DNA of 47,060 bases from Raillietiella orientalis (taxonomy: Eukaryota). Location of the stretch: NCBI GenBank assembly GCA_036172245.1, contig JAYWIR010000118.1, forward strand, positions 62,001-109,060. The letters run 5' to 3'. The position numbers and the translations under genes are program-made. This document shows, one piece after another, positions 34,165-44,800 of the stretch. Each line of letters opens with the position of its first letter. Within the stretch, counting starts at the first letter, position 1. Under the pieces are notes generated by a model. That model searched no databases and was not told the origin of the DNA. It saw only the letters and a list, made by a program, of their open reading frames with translations.

Positions 34165-35539
34165 TTCCACTGGGATGTCCACGGAGCCCCTGCAGCAAAA
34201 GATGGATGTGGAGGCTGCTACTGGCAGTGGAGACTATACTCCAGATGCGCGCATCTCGGGATAACCAGCAAGCGCGCCGGAATAAACTGCGAAAGCAAGA
34301 GCCTGTTGCCGGAGGCGGTTCCGGCTCCTGCACGGAGACCGAGGCGATGATCCTTGGCTCCCAGGACTCAGCTGGGTGCGATGTGGCGGCGAACGGGAGC
34401 GATTCCGCTTCCCAATCCGCTCTCTTATCAGATGACTTCTCGCAGAAGGGGCGAGTAGCGCGCCGCCATGTTTGCAGCAGTAATGCGTGGACTCGAGTCC
34501 TCTCGTCGCATCGACGTGGCCTGTTGGAAAGTCAACGGGCTGCGTGATGCAGACAAAAGTCGGACTGTAGCCAATGCTTTGCGCGCGCTAGTTCTGGTGC
34601 TGCAGCAGGAGATACATAGCATCTCCGAACGGCAGGCATTGGATCTGCAAGAGTGCGCGGGCGGGACGCCACACTGGCGGCGAGACTCCGCGCACACGTG
34701 CGGAGTCGCGTTCCTCGTCCGAAGCAGGGTGGCAGAGGCGGTGGGGAAGGTTTGTTTCGACGAGGAAGGTCGTGTGGGCCATCTTGTCGTCTAGTGGTCA
34801 GAATCGATCGACCTTGTGGTTACGAACATCTACGCGCCGAGTAGCGGCCGGCATTACAACCAGCGATTTGCATTCCTGGGTGGCCTGCGCAGCCGCTGGC
34901 TCGCTGTCTCGGGCCCTAACGTGGCGCACCTCCTTGCAGGAGACTTCAACCTCCACCTGCTAACAGAGGAGAGATGCCGCTTGAGGGAGAAGCAACTGGT
35001 GAGCCAGGTATGCGCGTCCGTTCGCGTGCAAAACTTGCTTGCTGGTGAGTTCGGGATGGAGAGCTCGCCGGACCATGCGTTCCTCGATGAGCACCTGCTC
35101 TCACGAGTAGGTCGGAGAGGGCGCCCGCTGTCCGCGATTTGGGATCATCGGTGACTGGAGTTCGAGCTCCTCCCGCCTGGAAAAGTGCCTCCGATGGATG
35201 TCTGGAGGTTGGCGGCCGACTGGCTTAGCAATTCGGAGGCGGTGGAGCATCTTTGGCAACACCTCCGGGGCTTCGCCATCCGTGAACTCGAGAACTGGGA
35301 CGATCTGAAAAGATCGGTCCGCGAGTTCTCCTGACGGTTCCCCTTCACCTGCTTCCCCGCGGCTTCGTCGAAAGTGTCGCGAACAGCAGATCCTATCTGC
35401 AGGCGCGTACCTTCTCCCGATGCACGGACGTCTGGCGTCTGGCGGAGTACAAGGCCAGGGCCGAACGCCAGGTTTGGCAGTCTGGAACGGCTTGTCTTCT
35501 CGATGACGCTGGCCAGAAATGCTCGGCTGCAGCCGGAAT
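34165..35539 (+). mobile_element. Element M: internal LINE segment (ORF1 tail, degenerate endonuclease, linker); left boundary approximate
   Basis: TAATG at 34481-34485; ACWKVNGL, QEIH, NIYAP, GDFN and DHAF. Ends at CSAAAGI next to the 3' end of element N. Confidence 0.88.
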
Positions 35540-35569
35540 TTGTCACCCGGATATGCCGGGGCATTTAAT
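35540..35569 (-). other. 3'-terminal ATTAAA + stem-loop (element N)
   Basis: attaaa tgccccgg catat ccgggtg acaa. Confidence 0.85.
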
Positions 35570-37259
35570 ATTCTAATTTTTTACAAAAAATTAGAAAATA
35601 AAGTCTTTAAAATGATGTTTTCTGTGGGGAAACACTGGGTTCTTCTACCTTGCTCGACGTGTCGGCTGCCGGTGCATATACCGGTTAGGTCCATTTCCAA
35701 GGCGCATGGAAAGGGAAAACTAGATCAAAAACGAACAAAAAGAGAGATAACGAAGAGGGAAACAGTTATATGGGGAGAGGGGAGGGGCAGGGAAGAAATC
35801 ACTGGGCGCCTGGATCGGTCCTCCGCATCCTGTTAAGAATGCAGTCAAGTTCGGTTTCTATTGTGAAAGGTAGACGCCACCTTGTCGCCGTCTCTAAAGA
35901 GATCGTCGTCCAGTGGATGGCTTCCCTGCATCTTGGGCCTCTTCTTCTGGCGTGCCACCTTTGCACAATTCTGCGCACTCAGCAGAGGACTGCTAGAGAC
36001 GCAGCGGGGCGCAGGCCGTCACGCAGAAAGAGGCGACGGTAAATATCCTTAGGGTCGCCTACTGGAAGATGGAGGATTGGGGCGATTCGACTCCAGAGTC
36101 CATCCAGGGCGACACACTCGAGGGTGAGATGAGGGAAGGTTTCTCTTTCTCCGCACTCGACACAGCGGGCATCCACATTTTCCAGTGTCCAGTGAGACAG
36201 ACGTGCTCTGCTTAACAGTCCCCAGGGCAGAAACAGCAACGCCGTCTTCTGCCACTTCAACGGAAGTGTGCCGAAATCCCAACACGCCGGGGGCCACTTC
36301 ACCTTCTCCGGAGGTATCGCGAGCAGCACTCCCCAGCGCGCAAGTCCGTGAGGCGGGACGCTCTGGATGGCAGCGTCCGTTAGCTCCCGAGTCGTCCACG
36401 CCTTTAAAGGTTTTTTCCTGCCTCGGATGAGGCAGGACACTTCCCACGATGCCAGCTCGTTGCTGCTCCTAGTGTTTTTTAGGGAGGACAGAGCGGGGGC
36501 ACGGGGGCTGAAAGAAGCCCACAGAAACTTCCGGGGCGTGTTAATAATCTCCTGCAGCGGCTGTCGAGGGTACGGTCCTCGTCGTAGGCAGTTGTATTCC
36601 CCCTCGCTCGTGCCGTTGATCTGAGCCCACGCGGAAGCTGACTCCTGAAGCCAGGCAGTGCAGTTCGCGGGTATGCAGGAGATCCAGGTATTCTTCCTCA
36701 TCAGGGCGACCATCTGGCGCAAATCGGGACCACAGTTGGAGAGGCTGCGCTGGTAGGCCACGAGGATCGAGGACAATCCTTCGCAGCCGGTCGCTCTTCT
36801 GGCGCGGAGCTGTGCCGGAACGCACCATGGCGTCATATATAAGCTAGCCGCAAGGGCTAACTTTCGAAGTGTTGTTTGAAGTTGGATGCGCTTCAACGTA
36901 AGGAGGCCCAAGCCACCATCCCTGCGTGGAGCGCACAGGTCTTTCAATCGGACTCGCGATCTCGCTGTGCCCCAAAGGGCAGTCCTCTAGAGGGCTTTGG
37001 TCCGTGTTTGTATGATGGGAGGGGCGGGGCAAACAAAAAGTAAGGGGCGAAGGAGGGTGGCCGCGAACGCGTTTTACACCGCGGTCCGCTCCTGCAAGTA
37101 AAACTTGCTGTTCCGGAACATGCCGATCGCCAACTTCACCTTTTGGAGAAGGTCGTACCAGGCTTCTGCAACTCAGAAGTCCTCCAACGGAACGCCAAGG
37201 TACTTGAAGCACCTGCCCGTGGGGATCCCCAAGTGGTTCCAGTCCGGCCGTCCGGCCCA
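35540..37259 (-). mobile_element. Element N: 5'-truncated LINE, same subfamily as E
   Basis: ORF 35979-36947 is nearly the same protein as E 8930-9900. Stem-loop at 35540-35569. Confidence 0.92.
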
Positions 37260-38170
37260 TTTTGCCTTGCGCGCGGGAACTGCCCGCTACGCGTTTCGCT
37301 GACTTCACATTTTTCCTCCCTCATCCTCATCCCCCGTTCAGAAAAAGAGTGTGTGTTGAAGAAGCTCGAGGATGCTCGCACACTTAGAAACGTTAGCTCT
37401 GGAAAATCTGGAATCCACGAAAAAACCACTGCAGCCAACCGAGGAGCACGAATTCGCCAGACACAGTACCGCGCCTGCCTACTCAATTCACGGACACGGC
37501 AGAAATCGCGCAAGCGCGAACCTGCGCCCATCGTGAGCTGTCCCCCCTGTTGTATCATTCGGGCTCCTTGGCGTTTCGCTTTCTGCATTTACCAATCGGC
37601 TAGGAGGCATTCCTTCGCTTCTTCCTTCGTCCTCCCCACGAAGGGTACATGGGAGAGAGTGTTGTCGCTGATTCCCGGGAGCGCGAAAAGAAAAGCAGGG
37701 CGAAACAGAGGCAGCGCCTGCGCGCAAGAGGCCGTCGCGCCGGGCAGGCGGCGGCCGGAGTACCCGTCTCGGATAAAGCAGAGTCCGAGATAAGCCGAGG
37801 CCTCGCGAGGAGGATCAGCCTGTGAGTAACCGCCGCCACGTGCGCGCGCCAGAGATCCGTGCCAGTTTCGGTGGAGACCAGAGAGCAGACACCCTCCATT
37901 TCCCACCCATCTCTGTTCATCTCCCCCCTCCCCTTGATGTGAACGTGAATACAGCCCCCGGAACTTCCTCCTCCTTCCCCCCTCCTCCTCCTCTTTGTGG
38001 AGCAAGCTCGAACTACTCGTCAAACGAGTTCGACCTCCCCCCTCTCCTCGAAGAAGCAGGAGGAGAAGGAGGAGGGAGAAAACCTGCAACTTCGTGCGGC
38101 TCCGCGCGTCCGGAAGCTGGAAGAAGAAGAGTTTCGTCTCCTAAATCCGTTCCGCCCCGACAGTTGTATT
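37260..38170. other. Unassigned ~0.9 kb island with no visible similarity to the surrounding LINEs
   Basis: No EN, RT or knuckle motifs. Purine/pyrimidine-rich low-complexity tracts and a short basic ORF at 37649-37825 (+). Confidence 0.5.
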
Positions 38171-38171
38171 C

Positions 38172-39871
38172 GTGCCACGTTGTTGCGATAAGAGCGCCTT
38201 TATCCAGTCCGTCTTTGCTGAAGAAGCGTCGAAGCAGGTCTGTGGCAGTGTCCTGAGGACGACCAAGTGCCGAAGCAAGTCTCCGCCATAACTCCCGCAA
38301 GTCACTACACTCAAGGAGCAGGTGCGTAAGCGATTCTATCGCCCCGCACCTGAGGCAGTTTGGGGAGACGACTCCCCCTGTAACCAAGTTTCTGCGCTTA
38401 TTACACTGGAATCCCCAGTGCAGAGAAGAAACTTCCTGTTTCCATCGAAGCGGAAACACGGAGCTGTCCACACACAAGGAAGGGACCACGAGATCTTCAA
38501 GGAGTAATCCAAGAACCTCAGTCCAACGAAGAAGTCCCTTTGTCAGGTAACAAGTAGTGGCAGCGTCTACCAACACGCTCGTTCTGCAGCCGCTCAGCAG
38601 TCTCTTACTCCTGCAATGCTGCAGAAGAACTCCCACCTTGCCGGTTGGCTACTGTCGTTGTTTGCCTTGAGAGCAGACAGCGCTGCGGCGATGGGTGAGA
38701 CGACTATCCGGGACCAAAGCGACCAGTCCTGTAGGATCACTCCTGGCGGTTCGCGTAAGAGGCCCTATAAGTGTCGCAGTTGCTCTAAGCGCACATCCAA
38801 AGCGGACGTCCAGTGCTCCAGAGCTTCCTGCAGCCAAGCATTTCAATTAAAGGGGCGGCAGGAAATCCAGGAATGGGCTAACAGCAACGAGGACAAATGC
38901 CTCAGTGGGTAGCCAAATCCAGTTCTCCGGCGAAGGTTGCAAGGCAGCAACGAAAGCAATCCTGCACTGCCGACACATCGCTGGAGAATATGAGAAGCCG
39001 GAGCACACCAGTGACTAGACCACAATTCTCCACATAGGGATAGAAGCCGGAACTGCACTTGCAGTCCAATCTTCTGGATGGTCAGGATGCCTAGGCCTGC
39101 GTCCTAGCATGGCGCCACCAAATCTTTGGAGCGAACCCTGGATCGCGCAGCGCCCCACAAGACCTTACGTAGGAGACGCTGCCCCCGGAGTTTAACCACA
39201 TAGGAAGGCTGGCAAACAAAAAATAAGGGGCGGAGGAGGGATGCAAGGAAAGTGTTCCATATGCACGCCCTTTCCGGTAAGACGAACTTGCCTTCCAAGA
39301 ACGGGCCTACAGCCATCTCTGCCTTTTGAAGACAGGCCGACCACGATTCAGACGAGCAGAAGTCGCCCAACGGTACGCCAAGGTACTTGTAGCACCTGAA
39401 CGTGGGGATCCCCAGGCGAATCCAGTCGGCCTGTCCCTTTCACGACGCACCCACCGGCACGACGGAGCACTTCGCCCTGTTAACGCTCATGCCCGCTCAA
39501 CGACGGATCAGCTCGAAGAAGTCTTGGACCGAGTCCGGCGGAGTAGACATGGGCAACAGAAGCAGAAAGTCGTCGGCATATGCTGCCGCGAACGCAGTGC
39601 ACGGAGAGGTGATGGGCAGGACGGCCAGCGTCACCCTGTACGCTTTTAGCACCAACTCAAAGTAGATGCTGAAGAGCAACGGGCTTAAGCTGTCGCCCTG
39701 TCTGATGCCTCTGCGCAAGGCCACTCCGTACACGCGGGAGCCACTGAAATACAAGTTGATAATCGCGTGACGCCAGCAGAAGCGCAAGTACAGGAGAAGA
39801 TGATTCGGAAGCCCAAGACGCTCCAGGAGCTCCAAGAGGAGTTACTGGTTTACGCAGTCAACCGCTTTGCG
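38172..39871 (-). mobile_element. Element O: internal ORF2 fragment (RT RKAVD to CCHC finger), lacking both termini
   Basis: GIRQGDSLSPLLF, AAYADD and CLRCGAIESLTHLLLEC. No 3' UTR or stem-loop at the left end. Confidence 0.9.
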
Positions 39872-41792
39872 TGCTCCAGGGTGGATGCGTTTTCTCGGTG
39901 CTCCTCGTGCCAGGAAGTCTCACCCACTGCAAGCGTCGTGTGGTTCGGTGGTCGATCAGGCAGCGATGCCTGACGCGATTACCAGGGATGGCCAGAGGGC
40001 AGCGAACACGCCACCCCCAGAGGCGATAAAGAGCCAGGGGGCGGCGGCAACGTCACCATCAGAGGCGATAAAGGTGGGGGCATATGCCCCCACAGAATCG
40101 GTCCCCGCTGCAGCGCCGGCGTGGAGAGCCGTTGTGTCGGCGCCAACGCCTGCAGCCGCGGCGGAATTGTCGGCCTATGTAGAGTAGGGGTACAAACCCT
40201 CATTGTTCTACAAGGTAGGCAATTTATATTCTTTAGAGAGCGCGCGCGCCTTCTCGAAGGGCAAGCCCGCTCTCGATGTGAAAGAGCAGGAGCTCAGCGC
40301 TATGACCATCCGCAGCGGGGGTCAGTACGTTCAGGTCATCTGCAAACAAGCAGAGCTGGCCCAACGACTGCTTAAAACCCCCGTTGTGATGGGGACGCGC
40401 AGGCTCCTCCCCACTACGGCGGACCGCAGCATGGTGGTCCACCTGTTAGGCGTAACCGCGCGAATGCGCAAAGAACAGGTTCGCGCCGCTTTGGAACAGT
40501 TCGGAACGGTCCACGCGCAGTGGACGAAAGTAAGTATTTTCGAGGACTACACGGGGCTGCAACACAACCTCACTGCTACGCGCGTGACCGTTTGGGAGGG
40601 CTGCACTCTTCCCCACAAACTGGTTGTCAAAGGCGAAACCGTCGACTTCTGGTATGTGGGGAAGCCGAAATACTGTGGCTTCTGCAATAGGTCGGGCCAC
40701 CTCAAAAGGAGGTGTCCCAATGTGCAGTGCCAAGTATGCGGAACCATGGGACACACGAGGGAGGTGTGCCCTAAAGCAGCAGTGTGGGTGGTTTCCAAGA
40801 GAAACCTTCAAAAACGTGCCCGGCTTCTGCAGAAAAGGCTGGCAGCGAAAGCTAAAGCAAAAGCTGTGCCACCCGGGCCCAAGGGCCAGGCCGCACCCGA
40901 GACCCCTGCGACCAACTTCGAACAAGTCGAAGGAACAAACCAGGAGCCTGGGTGGCGGGTGGCTACGGCCAAAAAATCAAAGAAGGATTAAAGGATGGAG
41001 AAAAAGCTCACGTACCGTCAGAAAAAACAGCAGGCAAGCGAGCAAATTAAAGAATGCAGCGTTGTCGCCGTGCATATTCTCGACCGCTGCGAAAGAGAAA
41101 TCGCCGCTACCGTCGACCACACCTCTGTTGAATCTGTCAACAGCGAGGGGAGCGAGCCGGCGGGGGCGTCCGTCATCGACACCACCACCGATGACGTAGC
41201 CTTCGCGCGAGCCGCGGAGGAGCTGGCAGCCTCGTTGCAGCCGGAACCCTCCAAGGCTGGCAAGAAGGCCGTAAAGCGTCCGGCCTCCACTCGGGAGTCC
41301 CCGACTTCCAACCTCGAGGTGGAAACCGGAAGCGCAGCCTCCGTTTTCACGGCAACGCGCAAGAAGGCTGCACGTAAGTCCACAAAGCCAAGGAAGCTCG
41401 TCTCCCCCGTCGAAGGGGAAAAAAGGCTCCCGCAAGCGAGGGTGCCATGAGCGTGGGAAACTCTCGGGACCCGTCGCCCGAGAGACTCCCACGCGCGGAC
41501 ACGGAGGGGATGCAGGGGGTGGAAGCCGAACAGGTGCTTCAGGTGCTTGAGAAGGCCGAAACCCCCATGGACATCCCGCCTGCCTCGCAAGAGGAGGGCT
41601 CCCACACACCTTAATCTTCCCAGCAGTAATGCCGGGAATCTCCTCCCGCGGTCGACTGCGCATCGCCGTTTGGAACGTGAACGGCATGACAGACGTCGGA
41701 AAAAGATGAGACATGGTCGCCCTACAGGAGTTCTACCACCTTGCGCTGCTGCAGAAGATCCACGTGAACTCTGCACAACAAGCGCAAGAGAT
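39872..41792 (+). mobile_element. Element L: 5' part of a LINE (5' UTR, ORF1, start of EN), interrupted by element P
   Basis: ORF 40203-40991 has WYVGKPKYCGFCNRSGHLKRRC and CQVCGTMGHTREVC. TAATG at 41627-41631, followed by WNVNG and LQKIH. Confidence 0.92.
39966..41629 (+). pseudogene. Element L ORF1 with in-frame stops
   Basis: ATG at 39966 (MPDAITRD...); stops at 40187, 40991 and 41450; homologous terminal stop at 41629. Confidence 0.8.
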
Positions 41793-41822
41793 TTCTCACC
41801 CGGTCACGCCGGGGCGTTTATT
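41793..41822 (-). other. 3'-terminal AATAAA + stem-loop (element P)
   Basis: aataaa cgccccgg cgtga ccgggtg agaa. Confidence 0.85.
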
Positions 41823-44800
41823 CCATATAACATAACGGAAAAAAGCAATTATAGAAAATGAACCAGTTGGGAACCAAACTCCCAACCGACGACTGAACAA
41901 GAATGAAGAGAAGATTGCTGGCACACAGGCCAGAGTAACAGTTTCTTGAACGGTGTGGGGGGGGCGGGAAACACAAAGAAACCAAAATAAAATAAAAACA
42001 ATGAATAAGGAGGACGGGATAAGGGTCTTTGGGATCGCTCTGGAAGACACGGGGATAAAAGCATGGGCACCGGAAATTTTACCGAGCGAACAGGGACGGG
42101 GTATGGGTGGGCGAGAGGTCGCAGGGGTCACCTGATTGCGCCGTTCTCAAAGGTGTGTAAACCGGCGATGTATGCCGGTGATGTCCTCATTCACCTTGTC
42201 ACGAAGATGAGACCACCTTGAAGCCTTCTCCATGAATTGAGCTGCAAGCAGGTGAGCCTCCCTTCGCTGCGATGACAACTCCAGGGCGTAGCGGGCCTTC
42301 ACGATGGCGCGAACGCAACACATGGTTGCGACAATCGCGCCAACCGAAAGTCCATTTCTGCTGAAGAAGCGCCGCTGCACATCAATGGCATACCTCCTTG
42401 TGGCATGATGGCCGAAGTGAGCCTTCGCCACAGTTCCCGGAGGTCACCGCAGTCCAGCAAAAAATGCGGAAAAGACTCGATCTCTCCGCACGTTAAACAG
42501 TTTGGCAAAGCAGCTCCCCCGGAAACGATGCTTCGCTGCCTATTACAGTAAAATGCACAATGTAAAAAGAGCAGCACATCTTGTTTCCACTTCAGGGGGA
42601 ACACGGAGCTGTCCAAACAAACGGGGGGAATCACTATCTCTCCGGAGGGCACCCTTAAATGTTCGCTCCACCGAAGCAGTCCCTTCGCCCGATTCCGAGG
42701 TGAGGCGGCTTGCACCAGCTCCTTTGTCGTCCAGCTGCCGAGGAGCTTACTGACTCCCGCTATTTTGCAGGAGAACTCCCATTCCGCCGGTAGGCAACCG
42801 TCGTTGCTTGTCCTGAGGACAGACAGCGCTGCGGCGAGTGGTGTGGCGGCCAGACGATCCGACAACTTCTTGTCCTGCATGACTTCGTTCATTCGATGAC
42901 TGAGGAGAAGTCGCAGGCGTCGAAGATCTTCCGGGCGCGTTCCTTCGGAAGCTGCCCTCGATGAAAAAGATTTCTGTAGCCATGCATTAATGTTCATATG
43001 GCGGCAGGAGATTCAGCTTTGGGCTTCCAGCAGTGAGGACAGCTGCCTCAGCGGGAAGCCAAACCCTATTCTGGTGTGTCGAAAGTAAGGTAGCAACGAA
43101 AGCAGTCCCTCGCTTCCCGTGCAGCGTCTCAGTATAAGGCGTACGGGTAAGCACCACGGCGTACACCACAGCTTGGCACAGAGGCGTAGCATGCGAAACT
43201 GCACCTGCAGTTCGATGCTGTTTAAGTCGAGGATGCCCAAGCCTGCATCCTGACGCGGCGCCACCAAGTCTTTAAGTCTAACACGGGATCTTGCAGCGCC
43301 CCACAACGCTTTGCGTAGAAGGCGCTGCGCCTAGAATTTGACTTCCTGGGGGGGTGGACAAACAAAAAACAGGGGGCGCAGGAGGAAGGCAACGAAGGTG
43401 TTCCAGATGCAGGCCCGTTCCGGCAAGACGAAATCGCATCCTGAAAACGGGCCAAGTGCACGCTCTGCCTTCCGAAGGCAGTCCGACCACGCTTCTGAGA
43501 TGCAGAAGTCGCCCAACGGCACTCCAAGGTACCTGAGGTTCCTGCCCGTGGGGATCCCCAGGTCGATCCAGTCGGACTGCCCCTCCCACGTCGCACCCAC
43601 CGGAACAACCATACACTTACTCCTGTTAACGCTCACGCCCGCACCGCGACGAATCAACTAAAGAAGTCTTCAAGCGATGTCGCCGCGGTGGACATGGGCA
43701 ACAGGAGAAGCAGGTCGTCGGCATAGGCTGCCACGGCCGGCGTACCTGGACAGGAGCTCGGCAGGTTGGCTAGCGTCAACCTGTAAGCCTCCAGCACCAA
43801 TTCAAAATAGATGCTGAAGAGCAGCGGGCTTAAGCTGTCACCCTGCCTAATTCCTCGTCGTATCGGCACGCCGTACACGCGACAGCCACTGAAAACAATG
43901 GATGTAATCGCGTGGCGCCAGCAGGAGCGCAAGTACGCCAACAGGGATATAGGAAGACCCAGACGTTCAAAAAGCTCTAGAAGAAGCTTTTAATTCAACC
44001 AATCGAAAGCTTTGTGCAGATCGACTGCAACCGCCAAGGCTCCCGGTGTCTCCCTTTGCGTCCCGCGCCTCCATCGGTGAGAGATCGGAGGCGTTGCTTC
44101 TGTACGACGATCCACCGCCACACGATGCTGCAATTGCAGCCATGTGCGGATGAACAAGATATTCGCGTCCATGGAGCGCCCAGGAACCGCGTACTTCTGC
44201 TCCGGTCTTACCAAGGATTTCGCGATCCTACCCATCCGCGCCATTCAAAGATTCGAGAACAAGTTGACGTCCGAATTCACTAATGTGATCGGACGCCAGT
44301 TGTTCAGTTGGCGCAAATCTCCGCCTTTCGGCAGTAGACGCACTTTCGCTGAGCGAAACGAGGCGGGGACATCGCCCGAGTCTCGCAGCAGCGACGAGAG
44401 TTGGAGCACCAGGGGTATGAGTTCCGCCGCAAAACACTGAAAGAATTCCGCGGGGAGCCCATCTACGCCTGACGCTTTTCGTCTCTTGAGCCCTGAGATG
44501 GCCGTGGAAATTCCCTCTGCTGTAAAGGGCTCATCAAGACGCGCGCGCTCCTCCTCGTCTACAACAGGTGCATCAATCGGCAGAAGCAGCCGGGAGAGGC
44601 TGCGTTCCGTCGGTGCCTCTGCGTACAGAGAAGAGTAATAGCGCCTGACTATCTGTCGCACGTCGGCTGGAGCCGAGCATTCCCGGTCCTGGTCTTCGAG
44701 CAGAACTGTCGCCCCTGACTGCCAGACCTGGCGCTCGGCCTTGGCCTTGTACTCGGATAATCGACCAACGTCCGCGCGCCTGGAGTAGAAGCGGGCTCGC

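Noticed and set aside
924..41822. Recurrent ~30-bp palindromic motif as a CRISPR repeat, REP element, Helitron end or att site
   Set aside because: Copies are kilobases apart, in both orientations, and always at a LINE 3' end after AATAAA. There are no spacers, cas, Rep/helicase or recombinase genes, and no CTRR terminus.
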